A DNA stretch of 39,024 bases from an uncultured Verrucomicrobiota bacterium (GTDB lineage: Bacteria > Verrucomicrobiota > Kiritimatiellia > CAZCOO01). Below the pieces are notes generated by a model. It made no database searches. It had not been told where the DNA came from and saw nothing but the letters and a program-made list of their open reading frames with translations. Of this stretch, positions 33,690 to 39,024 are shown piece by piece. The position numbers and the translations under genes were made by a program. The DNA is taken from the NCBI GenBank assembly GCA_964500395.1, contig CAZCOO010000005.1:1-39024 (forward strand), written 5' to 3'. Each line of letters starts with the position of its first letter. Position 1 is the stretch's first letter.

Positions 33690-34391
33690 TCATCGATATA
33701 GCGGGTCCGTCAGCCCGGCCTCCTCGAATCCCCGTTGCCGCAGACGGCAACTGTCGCACACGCCGCAGGGGCGGCCGTCGGCCCGGGGGTTGTAACAACT
33801 GTGGGTCAATCCGTAATCAACGTCCAGCTCGACCCCCCGGCGGATAATCTCTTTTTTGGTCATTCGGATCAGCGGGGCGTGGACCCGGAAGGCGGCCCCT
33901 TCGCGTCCGGCGCGGGTCCCGAGCCGGACCGTTTCTTCAAAGGCCCGGACAAAATCCTCCCGACAATCGGGATATCCACTGTAGTCAATGGCGTTGGCGC
34001 CGAAAAAGATATCCCGCGCCCCCAGAACCTCGGCCCAGCCGGAGGCGACCGAGAGAAAGATCAGGTTGCGGGCGGGAACGTAGGTGATGGGGATCCCCTC
34101 GCCCTCGAGGTCCCGGTCCGTGGGGACATCCTCGTCCCCCGTCAGCGCCGATCCGCCCCAGGCGCGCAGGTCCAGGGACAATTCGATGTGCCGGCGAACG
34201 TCCATGGCCTTGGCTACGCGCCGGGCCGCCGCGATTTCCACTTCGTGGCGCTGCCCGTAGTGGAGGGTCAGGGCGTAACACACAAACCCCGCGGCCTTGG
34301 CCTCGGCCAGCACCGTGGCCGAATCGAGCCCCCCCGAGAGGAGAACCACTGCATTGCGAGCATCCGTTGTTTGTGCAGTTGCCGATGTCAT
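33690..34391 (-). CDS. queC: 7-cyano-7-deazaguanine synthase
   Basis: AVVLLSGGLDSATV (PP-loop SGGxDS), ..GANAIDYSGYPDCR.., and a C-terminal Zn cluster ..HSCY..CGVCDSCRLR. Start at ATG 34391. Confidence 0.92.
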   Translation of the reverse strand: MTSATAQTTDARNAVVLLSGGLDSATVLAEAKAAGFVCYALTLHYGQRHEVEIAAARRVAKAMDVRRHIELSLDLRAWGGSALTGDEDVPTDRDLEGEGIPITYVPARNLIFLSVASGWAEVLGARDIFFGANAIDYSGYPDCREDFVRAFEETVRLGTRAGREGAAFRVHAPLIRMTKKEIIRRGVELDVDYGLTHSCYNPRADGRPCGVCDSCRLRQRGFEEAGLTDPLYR

Positions 34392-34514
34392 AGTTCGCCC
34401 CCGATCCGTAAAGTCGTAAAGTGGCGCCGGTGTCTCATGTGGAGGCCCCCCGTTCCCCGGAGGGCGCGCCGAGGCCGTCCGGCAGGCCAACCCGGCCTCC
34501 GAGAAAAGACCGGA

Positions 34515-36359
34515 TCATCCGTCCTCCGGCAGAGCGTCCGCGGCAATGGTTCGCCTGGAGACCTTCTGCAGCGGGATGCAATCCACGGGGCAGACCTCGG
34601 CGCAGGCCCCGCAGCGGATACACTGGTTCTGATCGATAAAGAGCAGATTGTAGTCCCGGTTGCTCGTCGAGGGCGTCCAGCCCGTAATGCGGCCCTCTTC
34701 GTCCTTGTGCAGTTCGGAGATCTTCACAATGCAGCCTTCGACCGGCTTCACCTTGAGACACCGGTCGCAGTAAATGCACAGGTCGTTGTCGATCTCGTAC
34801 TTGTAGTGGCACAAATAACAGCGGCGTGCCTCGGTGCGCGCCGCGGGCCAGTCGTATCCCGTTTCCACCTCGTCGTCGAGTCCGCGCTTTGTGTCCGGCA
34901 GGGTGGGCATGGACTGGCGGGGGATTTCGTCCATTTCGCGGGTCCGTCCGGTATCCGCGGCATCTTCGATCACCGCAACCTCCCGAAGTCGATCCTTGCC
35001 CATGAGTCCGCGGTCAACCGCCATGGCGCACGTGCGGGCGTGGCCGATGGCGTCGATCAGAGACGCGGACCCGGAGGTCAGGTCTCCGGTGATGTACAAT
35101 CCGTCCACCGGCGTCTCCGGTGCGGTGCCCCGCTTCGGCGCCCCATCCCGGCCGAATATCGCCTCGGCCAGGGCCGCCGGCCAGGCCCCCGGATCCCGAA
35201 CCTGTCCGGTGCCCAGCAGCACCGTGTCGACGTCCACCGTGAACTCGCTGCCGTCCACCGGCCGCGGGCGGGCCCGGCCCGATTCATCGGCCTCGACCAT
35301 TTCGGTCCGCTGCAGGACCGCGCGGCGGAGCGCGCCGCCCTCGCCCTCGAAGGCAACCGGGGCCACCAGGGTGTCGAACGCGATGCCCTCGTCCCGCATA
35401 TCGGTCAATTCATGGCCGGTGATGTACATCTCCGTCTCGGTTCGGCGATACGCCATGCGGACGGATTCGGCCCCGAGCCGCCGGGCTGTGCGGGCGCAGT
35501 CCACGGCCGTAAACCCGCCCCCGATGACCAGCACCCGGTGCCCGACGGTTTCCGCATGGCCCGCGTTCACATTCTGCAGGAACGGCAGACCGTGCCGCAC
35601 CCCGTCCAGATCCACGCCGGGAAGGTCCGGCACATACGGCTTCAGCGCCCCGGTAGCCAGGATGACCGCGTCGGCTCCGTCCCGCACCTCCTCCAGGGTC
35701 TTGTCCCGGCCGATTTCCACCCCGCAGCAAATCTCCACCCCGGCCGCCTCCACCTGAGCCACCTCCCGGCGGACGATCTCGGGGGGCAGCCGGAATGCCG
35801 GAATCCCCTGGATCATCAGCCCGCCCGCCTCCCGGTATCGCTCGTACACGGTGACAGCATGGCCGAGCCGGACGAGTTCCCGGGCCGCCGCCAGGCCGGC
35901 CGCGCCTCCCCCGATCACCGCCACCCGTTTCCCGCTGGGCGGAAAGATCGGCGGCAACACCACCGGCTCGCTGCGCTTCATAAACTCATCGGCGGATCGC
36001 TTGGCAAAGCAGATCGCCACGGACTCGCCCAACCCTTCCCATCCGTGACGGCAGGCGGGCTCGCACGGCCGCGTACATACCCGCCCGAGCACGGCGGGGA
36101 ATACATTGTCGCGCAGGTTGATCCGGTAGGCCCTCTCCGGGTCATCGTGGGCAATCGCATCCAGATAGGCGGGGATATCGGTGCCCGCCGGGCACGCCGC
36201 CTGGCAGGGGATATTGGCATCGAGCCACTGGAAATCCTGCGGCCGGGTGCCCACCCCCTCTTCGACGGAGCATACAAACTCTTCCCGCGTGGGGGCGCCG
36301 GCCTGCAAACGACCGGTGTCGGGACTGTCAGCATGATAAAAGCCGGTTGGGCGCGGCAT
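34515..36359 (-). CDS. GltD-family NAD(P)H-dependent FAD/Fe-S oxidoreductase fused to a C-terminal 2x[4Fe-4S] ferredoxin domain
   Basis: An N-terminal GltD-type Fe-S region (IPCQAACPAGTDIPAYL..CTRPCEPACRHG). Two dinucleotide folds (RVAVIGGGAAGLAAA; RVLVIGGGFTAVDCA). C-terminal cysteines CYLCHYKYEIDNDLCIYCDRC and CIRCGACAEVCPVDC. Confidence 0.75.
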   Translation of the reverse strand: MPRPTGFYHADSPDTGRLQAGAPTREEFVCSVEEGVGTRPQDFQWLDANIPCQAACPAGTDIPAYLDAIAHDDPERAYRINLRDNVFPAVLGRVCTRPCEPACRHGWEGLGESVAICFAKRSADEFMKRSEPVVLPPIFPPSGKRVAVIGGGAAGLAAARELVRLGHAVTVYERYREAGGLMIQGIPAFRLPPEIVRREVAQVEAAGVEICCGVEIGRDKTLEEVRDGADAVILATGALKPYVPDLPGVDLDGVRHGLPFLQNVNAGHAETVGHRVLVIGGGFTAVDCARTARRLGAESVRMAYRRTETEMYITGHELTDMRDEGIAFDTLVAPVAFEGEGGALRRAVLQRTEMVEADESGRARPRPVDGSEFTVDVDTVLLGTGQVRDPGAWPAALAEAIFGRDGAPKRGTAPETPVDGLYITGDLTSGSASLIDAIGHARTCAMAVDRGLMGKDRLREVAVIEDAADTGRTREMDEIPRQSMPTLPDTKRGLDDEVETGYDWPAARTEARRCYLCHYKYEIDNDLCIYCDRCLKVKPVEGCIVKISELHKDEEGRITGWTPSTSNRDYNLLFIDQNQCIRCGACAEVCPVDCIPLQKVSRRTIAADALPEDG

Positions 36360-36471
36360 GGCGGAACAGGACCTCCTGCTGGGGACTCTTGCATTGCATC
36401 ACGCGCTGTCGCATCATATAAGACGCACTGTTTACTAGTGGAATCCCTGATACGGACACGGCGCCGAACGT

Positions 36472-37842
36472 ATGTCGAAACAATACCATATCTGGACTAT
36501 CGGCTGTCAAATGAACGAGGCCGATTCGCGTCATCTGGGCTCCCAGCTCGAGTCGCTGGGCTATCGGCAGACCGACCGGTCGCAGGCGGCCGATCTGGTG
36601 GTCCTGAATACCTGCGTGGTTCGGCAACAGGCCGAAGACAAGGCGGTGGGCAAACTCCAGCACCTCCGTCAGCTCAAGATGAAGAACCCGGACCTGACCG
36701 TGGCGCTGATGGGGTGCATGGTCGGCATGCGGGAAGCCCCGCGTCTGCGCGAGCGGTTTCCCTTTGTGGACGTCTTCATGCCGCCGTCTGAAACCGAGCC
36801 GCTCCTCGAACACCTCGCCGAACGCGGGGAAGGCGATGCCGCCCACCTCCGCGACACCCGGGAAAAGGCCGTCCGCAGCGCCATCCAGGATGAAGAACAC
36901 ATCCTGCCCGCCCTGCAGCAGGGCAAAGCGGTGACGGCTCATGTCCCCATCGTTCTCGGCTGCTCCCACGCCTGCACCTTCTGCATCATCCCCTACCGCC
37001 GCGGGGCCGAACGAAGCAAGCCGCGCGGCGACATTCTCCACGAGGTCCGGCGACTGGTCGATCAAGGGGTGCGCGAAGTCACGCTTCTCGGCCAGATCGT
37101 CGACCGGTACGGGCTCGACCTCGACGAGCCTGGAGACCTCGCCGACCTGCTTCAGGATGTCGCCGACGTCCCCGGTCTCGCCCGGGTCCGCTTTCTCACC
37201 AGTCACCCCAACTGGATGACCGACCGCCTGATCGACACCGTGGCCGGGCATCCCGTCATTTGCCCGCAGTTCGAAATCCCGTCCCAGGCCGGCAGCAACA
37301 CCGTTCTCGAACGGATGAAGCGCGGGTACAGCATCCAGGAGTACGAGGCCGTGGTCGACCGCATCCGCGACCGCGCCCCGGATGCCGCCATCCACACCGA
37401 CATCATCGTGGGCTTTCCCGGGGAGACCGAAGAGGAGTTCCAGGCGACGGTGGACCATCTCGAACGGGTGCAGGCCGACAAGGTGCACCTGGCCAAATAC
37501 TCCGAGCGCCCCAAGACCATCGCCGGCCGCAAGATGACCGACGATGTCCCCGAAGACGAAAAGGAGCGGCGGCGGATCGTCATCGACACCCTCCAGACCC
37601 GCATCCAGGAGCGGGCCATGGCGCGCCTCGAAGGGCACACGGTCGAGGTGCTGGTCGAAGGCCGGGATGAAAAGCGCAACCGCTGGCGGGGCCGAACCCC
37701 CCAGGCCAAGCTCGTCTTCTTTCCCGATGAAGATCGCGACCGGCTGGGCCGGCTTGTACGAGTCCACCTCGAGCAATCCAGCCCCTACTCCTTTGTCGGG
37801 CGGCCCGCGGACACCCCGGCGCAGGCTCACGCCGCGGGATGA
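36472..37842 (+). CDS. miaB: tRNA-2-methylthio-N6-dimethylallyladenosine synthase (radical SAM methylthiotransferase)
   Basis: MSKQYHIWTIGCQMNEADS.., the radical-SAM CSHACTFC, and a TRAM-like C-terminus. Confidence 0.9.
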   Translation: MSKQYHIWTIGCQMNEADSRHLGSQLESLGYRQTDRSQAADLVVLNTCVVRQQAEDKAVGKLQHLRQLKMKNPDLTVALMGCMVGMREAPRLRERFPFVDVFMPPSETEPLLEHLAERGEGDAAHLRDTREKAVRSAIQDEEHILPALQQGKAVTAHVPIVLGCSHACTFCIIPYRRGAERSKPRGDILHEVRRLVDQGVREVTLLGQIVDRYGLDLDEPGDLADLLQDVADVPGLARVRFLTSHPNWMTDRLIDTVAGHPVICPQFEIPSQAGSNTVLERMKRGYSIQEYEAVVDRIRDRAPDAAIHTDIIVGFPGETEEEFQATVDHLERVQADKVHLAKYSERPKTIAGRKMTDDVPEDEKERRRIVIDTLQTRIQERAMARLEGHTVEVLVEGRDEKRNRWRGRTPQAKLVFFPDEDRDRLGRLVRVHLEQSSPYSFVGRPADTPAQAHAAG

Positions 37843-38189
37843 AGGGGCCCCGCCGCCATCCCCCGCCGCTGCCGAACGAATCCCGGCCCCGGCTCACGCG
37901 CGGGTTCGCCCTCCTGCTCTCCGCGCTCGCCTATCCGGGCGCCGGCCAGTGGGCGCTGGGGCGGCGCAAGAGCGGGCTGGCCTGGATTCTCATCTTCACC
38001 GCGGTCCTCATCCCCGCCCTGCTATACACCATCCTCTGGGGACACGAGATCCTCTCCGCCCTGTATTCCCTGGACACCAACCACGCCGGCCGGCCCTTCC
38101 CCACCGGCTGGTGGCTGACGGCCCTCGCCCTCTACCTGGCATGCCTGCTGGATGCCGTGCGCACCCGCGGGCCGGAGCCCGGACGGTGA
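37839..38189 (+). CDS. Small hypothetical membrane protein (2-3 TM)
   Basis: ATGA overlap with the miaB stop. Hydrophobic helices are FALLLSALAYPGAGQWAL, LAWILIFTAVLIPALLY and WWLTALALYLACLL. I recognise no family. Confidence 0.45.
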   Translation: MKGPRRHPPPLPNESRPRLTRGFALLLSALAYPGAGQWALGRRKSGLAWILIFTAVLIPALLYTILWGHEILSALYSLDTNHAGRPFPTGWWLTALALYLACLLDAVRTRGPEPGR

Positions 38190-38214
38190 CGCAGCACAAC
38201 GCGCTGGAGCCCCC

Positions 38215-38856
38215 TCATCCTGCGAACGGGAGGATCAGCGCCCGGCCGAACTGCATCGCCATGTGTGCGATTGTGCGCCCGCTTCCCCAGATCCACCCCA
38301 GAACCGGCGTCATGATGATAATCACCAGGCACGCCCAGGACAGCATCCCCAGGTGCGGCTCCACTTTCCTGCGGAGATCCGGAAGAAGCGCGGACAGGGT
38401 CTGCCATCCGTCGAGAGGCGGCATGGGGAGAAGGTTCAGAATCAACAGCGCCCCGTTGGTCATCGCACCGATATAGCAGAAATGGACAATGCCGTCGGCC
38501 GCCCCCAGGGGGGCCGCCGCCCCGGCGAGCGCGCCAAACCCGAGTGCCAGCCCCAGGTTGGCGGCCGGCCCCGCCAGGGCCACGCCGGCCGCTCCGCGTG
38601 CCGTCAGCCGCCGGTCGTCCACCGGCACCATCCCCCAGGCAATGCCGATCAACAGCAACATGCCAATGGAAATCGGCCCCATCTGCACCAGCGGATTCAA
38701 GGTCAGGTGTCCCTCCTCCGCCGCCGTGTCGTCGCCGAGGTGCAGCGCCGCGGCCGCATGCGAGTACTCGTGGAGGCTGATGGAAAACGCGACAATCCCC
38801 ACCCAGGCCAGGTAGAGACCCGGGTCCTCAAAGAGCGTCTGGATAAAAAGTGTCAT
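38215..38856 (-). CDS. Site-2 protease family (peptidase M50) membrane metalloprotease
   Basis: An HExxH motif within a TM helix (SLHEYSHAAAA) and NLLPMPPLDG. I prefer the start at ATG 38856 (MTLFIQTLF..). Confidence 0.8.
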   Translation of the reverse strand: MTLFIQTLFEDPGLYLAWVGIVAFSISLHEYSHAAAALHLGDDTAAEEGHLTLNPLVQMGPISIGMLLLIGIAWGMVPVDDRRLTARGAAGVALAGPAANLGLALGFGALAGAAAPLGAADGIVHFCYIGAMTNGALLILNLLPMPPLDGWQTLSALLPDLRRKVEPHLGMLSWACLVIIIMTPVLGWIWGSGRTIAHMAMQFGRALILPFAG

Positions 38857-38959
38857 ACGGCATTCCCTCAACCATTGGACCGGTCACCTTACCCCCAGAG
38901 CCGAGCGCGGGAAAAGCCTCAACCGGTTTCTGGAACCGAAGGCATGACGCCGTCCTCTT

Positions 38960-38996
38960 TTCTTCCCGATAGGGCGGCTTGGCCCCAAGCCGCCGA
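38960..38996. repeat. Intergenic palindromic element, copy B (TTCTTCCCGATAGGGCGGCTTGGCCCCAAGCCGCCGA)
   Basis: 32/37 identical to 13373..13409. It has perfect 10-bp inverted arms GGCGGCTTGG/CCAAGCCGCC. It lies about 105 nt upstream of the M50 protease start. Confidence 0.7.
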
Positions 38997-39024
38997 ATCC
39001 CTCTTCCGGCCGGCTCGGGCATGA

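Noticed and set aside
38828-39024. ORF 38828..39022 (minus, 64 aa), and the possibility of a gene end at the right edge.
   Set aside because: None of the three minus-strand frames, nor the plus frames, gives a convincing protein. The ORF overlaps the M50 start. I treat the region as intergenic, holding repeat copy B, or as unresolvable at the window edge.

Overview
This is a 39,024-bp high-GC (roughly 65%) bacterial chromosomal window. I support 28 protein-coding genes, 25 of them on the minus strand. I saw no rRNA, tRNA, transposase or integrase.

Contents:
1. Left edge (1-1028). A lower-GC segment (about 50-55%) holds the 5' end of a cas3 gene (HD nuclease domain). The gene is missing from the ORF track because it runs off the window. 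Next to it lie an AT-rich region and a single CRISPR-type repeat that abuts the gloB stop codon. A CRISPR-Cas locus probably lies just left of the window.
2. Ordinary housekeeping blocks: TPR-macro-serine hydrolase-gloB; gltA plus a beta-barrel OMP; tgt-yajC-secDF-recJ; valS; cimA-lysC-(ApgM-like)-hom; queC; a GltD-like oxidoreductase; miaB; and an M50 protease.
3. The most interesting part (12.3-24.5 kb). Three translationally coupled genes appear to form a synthase-dependent exopolysaccharide apparatus: an N-terminal PilZ domain fused to a hyaluronan/chitin-synthase-like GT2; a membrane-anchored CE4-like protein with a degenerate active site; and a 1,577-aa signal-peptide protein built as TPR / CE4-like insert / TPR / C-terminal beta-barrel. 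A HAMP-only sensor follows. A REC-GAF-GGDEF-REC-HD-GYP protein that can both make and break c-di-GMP is transcribed divergently. I cannot establish novelty without database searches, but this part list differs from the textbook Bcs, Pga, Pel and Alg systems.
4. A 37-nt palindromic intergenic element occurs twice (32/37 identical).

Most long plus-strand ORFs in the track are antisense shadow ORFs typical of high-GC DNA, and I rejected them. All domain calls come from by-eye motif recognition, with no searches run.
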